In this document: positions 36,804 to 46,626 of the stretch, piece after piece
Numbering within the stretch: position 1 is the first letter of the stretch
How the letters are laid out: each line of letters starts with the position of its first letter
Source of the DNA: Alphaproteobacteria bacterium
Lineage (GTDB): Bacteria; Pseudomonadota; Alphaproteobacteria; Rs-D84
Length of the DNA stretch: 64,000 nt
NCBI GenBank assembly: GCA_015062485.1
Contig: SUUO01000001.1
Coordinates: forward strand, 1,691-65,690
Direction: 5' to 3'
The notes under the pieces: generated by a model
What the model saw: the letters and a program-made list of their open reading frames with translations, nothing else
The model's database searches: none
Told to the model about the DNA's origin: nothing
Translations under genes and position numbers: made by a program

Positions 36804-39800
36804 ATCAACCGCGTGATACGTTGTTCCGCCAATATTTACATTCAGCGCACCAGATTTATTCCCACTGGCCAGGCTGGCATAACACATATCGCCCGCACTT
36901 GTTTTTACAACCAATGTATGAGACGTACGCTTTGACGAATACAGCGGTATCGATAGCCCAGTACTTAATTTTATATGGGTTATGCCCGCCTCGCAGAACT
37001 GGCCACACAATCCATCAGAGGTCAGATTATACCCACTGTTACACACCCAGGGACAATTATCTGTACCACCGCCAGACCCCGTATAACTGGCATTATCAGG
37101 TGCCAATGTGCACGCCGTGCGGGTTAATTCACCTGCCGCCGACCAGTAGCCTGTGCCAACATCCTGGCAAACATTTTCATACAAATCATCCAGTGTATCA
37201 TAACCCGTGTCCTGTGTTGCGGTACTGCTGGCATTAAAGTACACATTATAGTACCCGCCATCACAAGTTAAATTACTTCTGTTTACCCAGCAAGTCTTGG
37301 TTGTTCCATCAACGCCATACGTGTATGTGGTAAGGCTGTTGTCGGTGTAAGCATCAACATAACACGAATACTGGGCCATTGTTCCATCATCTAATGTTTT
37401 ACTGTTGAACGTCACATTGCACCCCGACGAAACTGTATGGTCACCTGTGGCACCAGTATTCCAATATGAATAGCCCCTTACATTTGCGGTATTATTGCTT
37501 GCCGTTGGGCAACTGATGCACGAGGACTGACCGGTGTATGGCTGGTACGTTGCACCGGTACAGGCTGTACAAGCGGATGCGGTATTTGCGGATGACGTAT
37601 AATAACCCGCCGGGCATTTGGTACACGATGCACTGTTCGAATAATAGCCCGCACCACAATTAACCGTCAATGCGTATGTTGCGGTTGCACTTTTATAAGT
37701 TGATGTTTCGGCACTGGTCACGGTAATTGTGGCCGTTCCGGCCTTGACATAAGTCATCGTGACGGTTGTACCGCTGATTGCGACGGTCGCGACACCGGTT
37801 GCATTGGACGATACGCTTAATGTGCCACCACTGGTATTCGTGCTGACTGTAAACTGTTTGGTCTTTGCACTGTCTGTATAAGACAATGTTCCACTGGCCG
37901 CACTTAGTTTCAAAGTGTTCGTACCCTTGGCGGTTGTGACCGCAACAGTTTTGCTGGACGCTTTATAGTTCGTAGTCGCGGCACAGTTTACCGTAATCGT
38001 CGCACTGCCCGCCGCTTTCCACGTCACGGTCACGGTACCACTGTTTATTGCAACCGTTGCCTTGGACGTGTCACTGGATGATACGGTTGCGGTACCATTC
38101 TCGCTGCAACTGGCGGTAAAGGTTCCAGTAGTTGTTGGATATGTAACCGTAAGACTTGTTTTGCTGACCGTTGTCGTACCATTAATCTTGTTAACCGTCA
38201 CACTGTACGTCTTGGAACCACTTAGGTAATTGTCGTTACCCGCCGCGGTTACGGTAATGGTTGTGCTGCCCGCCTGTTTACCGGTCATCGTGACCGTCGT
38301 ACCACTTACCGAGGCGGTGGCAATGGTGCTGGATGCTGACGACACACTTAATGTACCCTGGGCACCGCTTACCGTAAATGTTCCGGTACCGTTATAATCA
38401 ATCGAGCCACTGGTCGCGCTTAAACTAATCGGGTTTGTACCCTTGGCGGTCGTGACCTTATAGGTGGCGGTTGTCGCATTATACTGGTCACTTTGCGCCG
38501 CGGTTACCGTAATCGTCGCAGTTCCCGCAGATTTCCACGTGACTGTGCCCGTTGTACCACTTAAACTTACCGTTGCAACGCCCGTCGCATTGGATGCGGC
38601 ACTTAGCGTTCCGTTACAAGATCCCTTGGACACGGTAAATGTACCCGTGGTCGTTGGATATGTAATCGTAGCGGTTGTGGGGCTGACACTTATCGAGCAA
38701 GTCCCACGATTAACCGTTAACGCATATGTCTTGGAACCACTGTAATAATTCGCATTACCCGCCGCGGTTACGGTTATCGTTGATGTTCCGTATTTAACCG
38801 GTGTCATCGTAACCGTCGTGCCACTTACCGATGCGGTCGCAACGGATGTTGTGCCAGACGTCACGGAAACAGTACCCTGGGCACCACTTACCGTAAACGT
38901 TCCGGTGCTTGGATATGTTATCGAACCACTGGTCGCACTCAGGCTAATCGGATTCACCGCCTTTTTGGTATACAATGTATATGTTGCACTGGATGCTTTA
39001 TAGTTCGTGGTCGCAGGACAATTTACCGTAATCTTCGTCGTACCATCAGCCGCTTTCCACGTCGTACTTACCTGGCCAGTGCCAACCGTTGCACTTGCAT
39101 ACGTCGACGTATCCAAAGACACAGTCGGTGTAGCACTCTCGCTACAACTTACTGTAAAGCTGCCAGAAGTCGTTGGGTATGTCAGTGTGCCACTGGCCGC
39201 ACCCAAAGTTGTCGTACCATTAATCTTGTTAACCGTCACACTGTACGTCTTGGAACCGCTTAGATAATTGTCGTTACCCGCCGCGGTTACGGTAATGGTT
39301 GTGCTGCCCGCCTGTTTACCGGTCATCGTGACCGTTGTACCACTTACCGAGGCGGTGGCAATGGTGCTGGATGCTGACGACACACTTAATGTACCCTGGG
39401 CACCGCTTACCGTAAATGTTCCGGTACCGTTATAATCAATCGAGCCACTGGTCGCGCTTAAACTAATCGGGTTTGTACCCTTGGCGGTCGTGACCTTATA
39501 GGTGGCGGTTGTCGCATTATACTGGTCACTTTGCGCCGCGGTTACCGTAATCGTCGCAGTTCCCGCAGATTTCCACGTGACTGTGCCCGTTGTACCACTT
39601 AAACTTACCGTTGCAACGCCCGTCGCATTGGATGCGGCACTTAGCGTTCCGTTACAAGATCCCTTGGACACGGTAAATGTACCCGTGGTCGTTGGATATG
39701 TAATCGTAGCGGTTGTGGGGCTGACACTTATCGAGCAAGTCCCACGATTAACCGTTAACGCATATGTCTTGGAACCACTGTAATAATTCGCATTACCCGC

Positions 39801-42488
39801 CGCGGTTACGGTTATCGTTGATGTTCCGTATTTAACCGGTGTCATCGTAACCGTCGTGCCACTTACCGATGCGGTCGCAACGGATGTTGTGCCAGACGTC
39901 ACGGAAACAGTACCCTGGGCACCACTTACCGTAAACGTTCCGGTGCTTGGATATGTTATCGAACCACTGGTCGCACTCAGGCTAATCGGATTCACCGCCT
40001 TTTTGGTATACAATGTATATGTTGCACTGGATGCTTTATAGTTCGTGGTCGCAGGACAATTTACCGTAATCTTCGTCGTACCATCAGCCGCTTTCCACGT
40101 CGTACTTACCTGGCCAGTGCCAACCGTTGCACTTGCATACGTCGACGTATCCAAAGACACAGTCGGTGTAGCACTCTCGCTACAACTTACTGTAAAGCTG
40201 CCAGAAGTCGTTGGGTATGTCAGTGTGCCACTGGCCGCACCCAAAGTTGTCGTACCATTAATCTTGTTAACCGTCACACTGTACGTCTTGGAACCGCTTA
40301 GATAATTGTCGTTACCCGCCGCGGTTACGGTAATGGTTGTGCTGCCCGCCTGTTTACCGGTCATCGTGACCGTTGTACCACTTACCGAGGCGGTGGCAAT
40401 GGTGCTGGATGCTGACGATACGCTTAATGTACCCTGGGCACCGCTTACCGTAAATGTTCCAGTACCGTTATAATTAATCGAGCCACTGGTCGCACTTAAA
40501 CTAATCGGGTTTGCCGCCTTATTCACCGTACAGGTAAACGAGCCAGTTTTAGTTGTATAGTTCGTTGCGGTTACCTGATAATAAATCGTATATGTACCCG
40601 CATCCGTTTTTGATATTGCACTGGTTGATGTATAACTGCCGCTGGCGGTGCCGTATTTTACGGTCGCACCACTGCTTGGTGTCGTTACACTAACCGTGCC
40701 GCAACTTTGCGCGCTACCGTTATATGTCAGCGTCTTGTTAGATGCACTGGCACTGATTGTTGCGTTTTCAATCGTACAACCAAATGAACCTGTTTGTGTC
40801 ACATAGTTTGGATGTGTGACTTGGAAATATATAGTTTTGCTGTCTGCAACATTAGTAACAGTTGGCGCAGATGTCAGATTATAAGTACCCGCTGTTGTGC
40901 CATATTTAATCGTTGCGCCCGATGGCCCATCTTCATCCAGCAGACCTGTACAGGTCATAGCGGTGCCATCATAAACCCTTGAATGGTCAACCCCCAATTC
41001 TTCCCAGTCTGCCTTGGTCACCGTACAACTGAACGATCCGGTTTTATCCGTATAATCGGTTGCGGATATTTTGTAATAAATGGTCTTGCTGTCCGCAACA
41101 TTGGTAATTGTTGGGGCGGTGCTGGTGTATGTGCCGGTGCTGCTGGTGGCGTATGTGATGGTTGCGCCCGACGGGGATGATACCGATATACCACCGTTAC
41201 AAGTCAATGCGGTGCCATCATAAACCTTGGTTTGGGCGGTTGGTCCCGTCACCGACATACACGTCCATTGGGCATACAAGGTGCGGTCCCCCGCAATATT
41301 CCAGGCACGCGCCGACGCCCCCGCCGCGGTATAATATTGTGTACCACCCGATGCCGCACTGTACCAACCATTGAATTTACAGCCGGTCTTGGTTGGTTTG
41401 GTCGTGCTGATTGTCGGCATCGCGACACCATATGTTGCGGTTACGTCCGCCGTTTGTCCGCCCGAACCACCGTTGGCATCAAATGATACAGTATAAGTGT
41501 TTGCAACCCAACAAGCGTACAAAGCACTTGTACGTGTTGTAGTTAATGACGATGTTCTGTAACCAGTCGCGCTGATATAACGGGTGGTAGATGATGTACA
41601 GCCCGACGTCGATGCCGCATATCCATCAAATGTATATCCCGTTTTTGTTGGAATTGTAATCGGATTTGTCGTGGTCGTCATAGCCGTCGCGTGCGCCGAG
41701 TCCAGATATACATTAACCCCATATCGCGTATAAATCGCCGTTGTGCCGGCCGTTGTAGCACTGTTGTTATTTAATGTGATTGTGAAATCATCCCCGGTTT
41801 TTTGCGCATAATACGTCACGGATGATGCGGTACTGGTTACCGTGACCGATGTTGTTGTGGTGCTGGGGCACGACGCCAATGTGGTTGACGACGATGACCA
41901 ACCGCCACAATATTTATAATATCCACTGTACAAACCATTTGTTACACCGTGGGAACTGCTTGTCTGGTCGGTTATCGTCGGTAATGCGCACGACGTGCCA
42001 TAATAGCATTGTGTTGATACACTGGTTGTGCTGGTCGCAGATGCGGTTGTTCCCGTAACAGCATTGGTTAGCGATACCGTACCATTACCGCTGTTTTTGC
42101 TTAATGTGACGGTACGATAACACTGGGTGCGGGCGGTCGACCCCGTAGACTTGGTCGTCCAATAGTTATTTGCACTGGTGGTTGTGCTACCGGTATCACA
42201 GTCAAGACGCGCATTTGCGTTACTGGTTGCAGAGCCGCCGGGGCAATAATAGCCAACCTCGCACAGGGTACAGGCATTACCAACCTGAGCGGTTGTGTTT
42301 GGGGTGCCATCCACGGTCATATAATACCCCGCGTTACAGGATGTATACATCTTGATATCGTTACATGTATACCCCGCAGATAAGGCGGAGGACACCGACA
42401 TCAACAGAACAAGTGTAAAAGAGAAAAAAAAGTGGTGAATTTTTCGCGCAATTTTATTACTTAAAAAATTCCCGATATTCTGTTGCAT
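36801..42488 (-). CDS. giant secreted repeat protein (adhesin-like), 1,895 aa
   Basis: GGAGG RBS 6 nt before the ATG at 42488. Signal peptide ...LLMSVSSALSA. N-terminal Cys-rich CxxGYY modules. Listeria-Bacteroides-type repeats (YTVSFDANGGSG...GWY...LYAQW). Three YDG/MBG-like repeats. About 11 Ig-like (Big_2-like) domains. C-terminal Cys-rich CPAGYY region. Confidence 0.9.
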   Translation of the reverse strand: MQQNIGNFLSNKIARKIHHFFFSFTLVLLMSVSSALSAGYTCNDIKMYTSCNAGYYMTVDGTPNTTAQVGNACTLCEVGYYCPGGSATSNANARLDCDTGSTTTSANNYWTTKSTGSTARTQCYRTVTLSKNSGNGTVSLTNAVTGTTASATSTTSVSTQCYYGTSCALPTITDQTSSSHGVTNGLYSGYYKYCGGWSSSSTTLASCPSTTTTSVTVTSTASSVTYYAQKTGDDFTITLNNNSATTAGTTAIYTRYGVNVYLDSAHATAMTTTTNPITIPTKTGYTFDGYAASTSGCTSSTTRYISATGYRTSSLTTTRTSALYACWVANTYTVSFDANGGSGGQTADVTATYGVAMPTISTTKPTKTGCKFNGWYSAASGGTQYYTAAGASARAWNIAGDRTLYAQWTCMSVTGPTAQTKVYDGTALTCNGGISVSSPSGATITYATSSTGTYTSTAPTITNVADSKTIYYKISATDYTDKTGSFSCTVTKADWEELGVDHSRVYDGTAMTCTGLLDEDGPSGATIKYGTTAGTYNLTSAPTVTNVADSKTIYFQVTHPNYVTQTGSFGCTIENATISASASNKTLTYNGSAQSCGTVSVTTPSSGATVKYGTASGSYTSTSAISKTDAGTYTIYYQVTATNYTTKTGSFTCTVNKAANPISLSATSGSINYNGTGTFTVSGAQGTLSVSSASSTIATASVSGTTVTMTGKQAGSTTITVTAAGNDNYLSGSKTYSVTVNKINGTTTLGAASGTLTYPTTSGSFTVSCSESATPTVSLDTSTYASATVGTGQVSTTWKAADGTTKITVNCPATTNYKASSATYTLYTKKAVNPISLSATSGSITYPSTGTFTVSGAQGTVSVTSGTTSVATASVSGTTVTMTPVKYGTSTITVTAAGNANYYSGSKTYALTVNRGTCSISVSPTTATITYPTTTGTFTVSKGSCNGTLSAASNATGVATVSLSGTTGTVTWKSAGTATITVTAAQSDQYNATTATYKVTTAKGTNPISLSATSGSIDYNGTGTFTVSGAQGTLSVSSASSTIATASVSGTTVTMTGKQAGSTTITVTAAGNDNYLSGSKTYSVTVNKINGTTTLGAASGTLTYPTTSGSFTVSCSESATPTVSLDTSTYASATVGTGQVSTTWKAADGTTKITVNCPATTNYKASSATYTLYTKKAVNPISLSATSGSITYPSTGTFTVSGAQGTVSVTSGTTSVATASVSGTTVTMTPVKYGTSTITVTAAGNANYYSGSKTYALTVNRGTCSISVSPTTATITYPTTTGTFTVSKGSCNGTLSAASNATGVATVSLSGTTGTVTWKSAGTATITVTAAQSDQYNATTATYKVTTAKGTNPISLSATSGSIDYNGTGTFTVSGAQGTLSVSSASSTIATASVSGTTVTMTGKQAGSTTITVTAAGNDNYLSGSKTYSVTVNKINGTTTVSKTSLTVTYPTTTGTFTASCSENGTATVSSSDTSKATVAINSGTVTVTWKAAGSATITVNCAATTNYKASSKTVAVTTAKGTNTLKLSAASGTLSYTDSAKTKQFTVSTNTSGGTLSVSSNATGVATVAISGTTVTMTYVKAGTATITVTSAETSTYKSATATYALTVNCGAGYYSNSASCTKCPAGYYTSSANTASACTACTGATYQPYTGQSSCISCPTASNNTANVRGYSYWNTGATGDHTVSSGCNVTFNSKTLDDGTMAQYSCYVDAYTDNSLTTYTYGVDGTTKTCWVNRSNLTCDGGYYNVYFNASSTATQDTGYDTLDDLYENVCQDVGTGYWSAAGELTRTACTLAPDNASYTGSGGGTDNCPWVCNSGYNLTSDGLCGQFCEAGITHIKLSTGLSIPLYSSKRTSHTLVVKTSAGDMCYASLASGNKSGALNVNIGGTTYHAVD
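38171..40513 (-). repeat. 1,038-bp tandem duplication (about 2.26 copies) inside the giant gene
   Basis: Identical shadow ORFs lie at 38464/39502, 38818/39856 and 39007/40045, all offset by 1038. The unit encodes four Ig-like domains. The few differences I found are mostly synonymous (one changes an amino acid). Confidence 0.9.
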
Positions 42489-42765
42489 CTGCACCCTCCA
42501 TACTTTCCTTTCGTTCGGATAAAAAATAACCGCCACAGATATTGGCGGTCGGGGTGTTAGAAAAATCATAAAAGAGAATGACCCCGCCGGTTTTCGGGGC
42601 AAGGCCCCTGTGGTATAACCGACGGCACCCCGACAAACCGGGGATTTACACAAAAAAAGACGCATTCCGCGCCATTTTCTATGTGCGGATCAGTGTGCAT
42701 TTTCTCACACCGCTCTTCTATGGGCTTTTCTAAGGCCCCGAACCCACATCCCTGTGAATTCATTG
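42489..42765 (-). promoter_or_regulatory. long GC-rich structured 5' leader of the giant gene with internal intrinsic terminator
   Basis: Hairpin ACCGCCA-ATATCTG-TGGCGGT plus TATTTTTT (42520-42550, minus strand), about 30 nt upstream of the ATG. Upstream of it lie several GC-rich helices (CCCCGGTTT...AAACCGGCGGGG, GGGGCCTTGCCCC). Confidence 0.5.
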
Positions 42766-42768
42766 TTG

Positions 42769-42797
42769 AGTGTAAAATATCCATAAAATAAATACAA
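42769..42797 (-). promoter_or_regulatory. candidate promoter of the giant gene
   Basis: The minus strand reads TTGTAT, 17 nt, TACACT. Confidence 0.4.
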
Positions 42798-42857
42798 GCG
42801 AAAAAATTTATTATTTTGACGGTGGAAACAGGGATAATTCTTTTTTGACAAAACATA

Positions 42858-42885
42858 TTGACAAAATATATTTTTTGACTATAAT
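42858..42885 (+). promoter_or_regulatory. near-consensus sigma70 promoter
   Basis: TTGACA, 16 nt, TATAAT. It is divergent from the giant gene. Confidence 0.65.
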
Positions 42886-42919
42886 CCTAGTAAAAGAATT
42901 TAACCAAAGGGGTTATGAT

Positions 42920-43675
42920 ATGTCAAAAAAGCAACAGATTAAGCGCGCGACAAAGCGTGTGCAAACAAAAAAAGTCACATCCAAGAAAACACGCCAGGGC
43001 AATTTCTGGAAAAAAGTTTGGAATATTATATGCTGGCCATTTCGTATGGTGGCACGTGGCGCAAAATGGTTTTGGAAATGGCTGTGCGGTGTTAATGTAA
43101 TCGGCATTGCCAATCTGACGTTGCTGGTTGCGATTATCGTTTTATTTTCTATGCTGATTATTGATTTTACCAAGTGTAATAACACGCAAACGGTTGTGGT
43201 GCGTTCAGACGTTGTTCAGACCCCGGTATTGCCAAGCGAAAAACGCAATGTCGTTGCACGCCCAGTAAAGCCGGTGACAAATACCCTGCCGATGGTGCGA
43301 AATGTAAAATCTGGCGAAATTATCAATGAACCGATTGTTGTTGCAACGGAAAAGCCCTGTGCGACAATGGAAAAACAAATCGCAAAGGTAAAAAAAGAAA
43401 ACAAAATTATGGGCGATGTCGTTATAGATTCTCGCAAGGTGGCGGGGGTAATCGAACACGGCACAAAAATCCAAGGGAACCTGTACCTGCAAAATATGCG
43501 CAAATATACCCTGCCCTGTGGCGTGCGCATCAACGGTAATTTATTCCTGAGGGATGTAAATATGCTGCAATTCTGTGGTGAATTTACAGTCACAGGCAAT
43601 ATTTATGTCAGCCCACGTTCTGCGTTCGGCCCAATTCCGGCAACAGCACGCCTGGGCGGATATGTAATTTTGTAA
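42920..43675 (+). CDS. hypothetical membrane-anchored protein
   Basis: The start follows an AAAGGGG RBS downstream of the promoter. Basic N-terminus, one TM segment, and a C-terminus with short G-N-[LI]-[YF]-like repeats. Confidence 0.6.
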   Translation: MSKKQQIKRATKRVQTKKVTSKKTRQGNFWKKVWNIICWPFRMVARGAKWFWKWLCGVNVIGIANLTLLVAIIVLFSMLIIDFTKCNNTQTVVVRSDVVQTPVLPSEKRNVVARPVKPVTNTLPMVRNVKSGEIINEPIVVATEKPCATMEKQIAKVKKENKIMGDVVIDSRKVAGVIEHGTKIQGNLYLQNMRKYTLPCGVRINGNLFLRDVNMLQFCGEFTVTGNIYVSPRSAFGPIPATARLGGYVIL

Positions 43676-43800
43676 AAAGTTTTTTCATGTTTTCTCCCCT
43701 GAAAAAAAGAGGACGCGGTTTTGCCGCGCCCTTTCTTTTTTTCATTAGAAAGATATTTTTATGTATGATATAATGCAAGTGTGTAAACAAAGGAAAAAAT

Positions 43801-44028
43801 ATGAAATCTTTTGAAAAATTGATGGGTGTGCTGGCGGCGAATCTGGGGTATACCATTGTTTTGGTTGCGGCGATTGTATTGTTTGCAATCTTCTCGGATG
43901 GTTTGATTTCTGGATTGATTACGGCTGTGTCGGCACTGTTGGCGTATACGTGTATCGTTACACTGGCGCGTGAATACAGAAAAGCCGCACCAAAGGCTGT
44001 ATCAAAGCCAAAGGCAAAAAAGAAATAA
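43801..44028 (+). CDS. small two-TM membrane protein with Lys-rich tail
   Basis: AAGGA RBS, two hydrophobic segments, followed by a terminator. Confidence 0.5.
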   Translation: MKSFEKLMGVLAANLGYTIVLVAAIVLFAIFSDGLISGLITAVSALLAYTCIVTLAREYRKAAPKAVSKPKAKKK

Positions 44029-44056
44029 TAAAAACCGCCGGTTGGCGGTTTTTTTC
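44029..44056. terminator. bidirectional terminator
   Basis: AAAAACCGCC-GGTT-GGCGGTTTTTTT. Confidence 0.8.
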
Positions 44057-44062
44057 TTCTGG

Positions 44063-44740
44063 TTATTTTAACCCGAACTTGTATGCCGCGCCCAGATAAA
44101 ATTCAGTGGCATCTATGTCCGTTGTCGCAAATGTTCCCGCAGACGTCTTGTGATCGGCGTCGCCATATTTAATGTATTTGAATCCCAGATTTAAATCAAC
44201 ACGGTCATTCAATGCAAAACTGACCCCCGCCATCAATGAATATGAAAAATCAAACGTGGTATTGTCCGCATCAAAGCCCCATCCACTTATATCAGACCAG
44301 ATGGTTGAAAAGCCCAAGCCGATTCCCGCGTATGGTTCAACCGCACCGCCATAGGTCTTGAACATATAAACGTTTACCATATTCGCCCAGATATCAAAAT
44401 TTAAATCTAAATCGCGCTTTGCATCATCCAGGCCCGTATAGATTGTTTCAAATTCTATCTTTAAAAAATCGGTCAGGCGATTACCAACAAACGCACCAAA
44501 GCCGACGTTATCGTTCTTTAACGTGGTGCCCGCACCATTGCGCACATCAAACGCATAAGAAATCCGTTCGTTCTTGTGCAGGCGCAATCCAATATAATTA
44601 TCACGTGCAATCGGTGCAGATGACACCGCGTCCGGCGCCGTATATTCGGCATCTGGCGATGCGTATTCTGCATAATAAAAATCGTTTGCAATCGCGGGCG
44701 TTGCGACCAATATCGATGCAAGAAATGCTATTTTTTTCAT
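44063..44740 (-). CDS. small outer-membrane beta-barrel protein
   Basis: Signal peptide MKKIAFLASILVATPAIA. Alternating beta-strand pattern ending in an aromatic-rich stretch, GAAYKFGLK. Confidence 0.7.
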   Translation of the reverse strand: MKKIAFLASILVATPAIANDFYYAEYASPDAEYTAPDAVSSAPIARDNYIGLRLHKNERISYAFDVRNGAGTTLKNDNVGFGAFVGNRLTDFLKIEFETIYTGLDDAKRDLDLNFDIWANMVNVYMFKTYGGAVEPYAGIGLGFSTIWSDISGWGFDADNTTFDFSYSLMAGVSFALNDRVDLNLGFKYIKYGDADHKTSAGTFATTDIDATEFYLGAAYKFGLK

Positions 44741-44810
44741 ATATCTCTTTCCTTTTTTATATGCTAGGATTATAATTACAAAGCATATAAAAAGGCAAGG
44801 AGTTTTCATC

Positions 44811-46583
44811 GTGGCACGCGCAAACGCCCAAAATCGCAAGAAAGATTCACAAAAACCGTCAATTAAACGACGGGTGGTGGCGTTGCTTTTTAACGCGTTT
44901 CTGATTGGCGGATTGTGTGTTGGTGGATATGTTGCATATATTTATATGCGGATGCCATCACTGGACGCAATATTGAACGAGACACGACCGGCCGCCGTGA
45001 CCATATTGGACAAAAACGGCAGTGAAATTCGATCGTCTGGGCGTATTATGGGCGCGCCTGTGTCGGTGGATACCCTGCCCCGGCACGTATGGCAGGCAAT
45101 CGTCGCAATCGAAGACAAACGCTTTTTTGAACACGGGCCGATTGATATGCGTGGAATCACGCGCGCAATGCTTTCAAACCTGGTGGCGGGACGCGTGGCG
45201 GCGGGTGGTTCTACAATTACACAGCAGACCGCAAAGAACATATTTCTTAGTCGTGATAAAAAAATATCGCGCAAGGTCCAGGAACTAATTTTATCGCATT
45301 GGTTGGAAAATCGATTTACAAAAAATCAAATCTTGGATTTGTATATGAACCGTGTGTCTCTGGTCGGCGGAATGCGCGGTATTGATGCCGCCGCACGCGT
45401 AATGTTTCAAACACCTGCAAACAAACTGTCCATTGCACAGGCGGCACAAATTGCAGCAATGCTGAAAGCGCCAACAACATACAGTCCGTTGCGTAACCCG
45501 GAAAAAAACATCCAACGCGCACGCGTTATTTTACAAGAAATGGTACGACAGGGGTATATCACCCTGAACCAGGCACGAATCGCGGCACAACAATTAAAAC
45601 CCGCAATGGCGACACCGGATACAAACCTGTACCGATACTGGACAGATTATGTTATTGACGAAGTAAAATCAAGAATTGGGACATTTGAATCCGATCTGTA
45701 CGTGTATACGACAATGGACCGGAATTTACAAGAACACGTTGCCGCAACTTTGTCACAAAAAACACCCCCTTATCAGGGCGCTGTTGTTGCAATGGAAATA
45801 GATGGTGCAATTCGCGCAATGTCCGGCGGTATTGATTACCAGGCCAGTCAATTTAATCGCGCCACCGCCCCACGCCAACCCGGCAGCAGTTTTAAACCCG
45901 TTGTGTACCTGGTTGCGCTTGAAAATGGATTAACGCCCGACAGTTATGTTAACGATTCGCCATTTGCGATTGGGGATTATAACCCGAAAAACTATAACGA
46001 GAAATACTATGGCGATATAACACTGGCCACGGCATTTGCAAAAAGCGTAAATTCTGTACCGTTAAAACTGACCGAAATGTACGGAATCGAAAACATATTG
46101 TCTATGGCGGGACGATTGGGGGTGGGAACACGCCTGCGCCGTGAATATTCGACCGTTTTGGGGGCATCGGAAATGAGCCTGGTTGATTTAACGAATATTT
46201 ATGCGGTTATTTGGAATAATGGCAATTCGGTACGTCCGTATTCTATTACAAAAATTGTTGATGCGTCGGGCAATATACTTTATGAGCGAAACCCGTCAGA
46301 GCCAATCGTTATTTTACAGCCACAAACCATTGAACATATGACAAAAATGCTGGGCGATGTTGTGGCGCCGGGCGGAACCGGTGGGCGTGCACGTGCGAAC
46401 GGGGTTCTGGGCGGTAAAACCGGTACCAGCAATGGCAACCGTGACGCCTGGTTCGTGGGGGCAACAGATGATTTGGTTATCGGTGTATGGATGGGTAACG
46501 ATGATTTTACCCCAATGGATTCAAAAATCACCGGTGGTACAATCCCCGCTGAAATATTCCGAGAAATTGTGCAAAAGCAATAA
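44811..46583 (+). CDS. mrcA: class A penicillin-binding protein (transglycosylase/transpeptidase)
   Basis: GTG start after AAGGAG. GT51 motifs EDKRFFEHGPID and GGSTITQQ. Transpeptidase motifs SSFKP and KTGTS. Confidence 0.9.
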   Translation: MARANAQNRKKDSQKPSIKRRVVALLFNAFLIGGLCVGGYVAYIYMRMPSLDAILNETRPAAVTILDKNGSEIRSSGRIMGAPVSVDTLPRHVWQAIVAIEDKRFFEHGPIDMRGITRAMLSNLVAGRVAAGGSTITQQTAKNIFLSRDKKISRKVQELILSHWLENRFTKNQILDLYMNRVSLVGGMRGIDAAARVMFQTPANKLSIAQAAQIAAMLKAPTTYSPLRNPEKNIQRARVILQEMVRQGYITLNQARIAAQQLKPAMATPDTNLYRYWTDYVIDEVKSRIGTFESDLYVYTTMDRNLQEHVAATLSQKTPPYQGAVVAMEIDGAIRAMSGGIDYQASQFNRATAPRQPGSSFKPVVYLVALENGLTPDSYVNDSPFAIGDYNPKNYNEKYYGDITLATAFAKSVNSVPLKLTEMYGIENILSMAGRLGVGTRLRREYSTVLGASEMSLVDLTNIYAVIWNNGNSVRPYSITKIVDASGNILYERNPSEPIVILQPQTIEHMTKMLGDVVAPGGTGGRARANGVLGGKTGTSNGNRDAWFVGATDDLVIGVWMGNDDFTPMDSKITGGTIPAEIFREIVQKQ

Positions 46584-46626
46584 AATCTGTTTTTATCGGC
46601 ATTGATTTTGTGATATAATAACAGGT

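Noticed and set aside
38464-40305. Duplicated plus-strand ORFs (93, 61 and 86 aa, each present twice)
   Set aside because: These are shadow frames of the 1,038-bp tandem repeat inside the minus-strand giant gene. They are useful only as evidence that the copies are identical.
38171-40513. Possible CRISPR or other non-coding repeat array
   Set aside because: The unit is 1,038 bp, directly abutting, with no spacers. It stays in frame within a long ORF encoding Ig-like domains.
42550-42765. Stand-alone RNA gene (SRP/4.5S, 6S, tmRNA, RNase P) in the GC-rich intergenic stretch
   Set aside because: I could not find the conserved cores on either strand: no GGAAGCAGCC-type SRP motif, no tRNA-like CCA end for tmRNA, no GAGGAAAGTCC for RNase P. 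The position and terminator fit a cis-leader better.
42566-42856. 96-aa minus-strand ORF upstream of the giant gene
   Set aside because: There is no RBS and its composition looks arbitrary. It spans the candidate promoter, and its 3' part covers GC-rich helices better explained as RNA structure.
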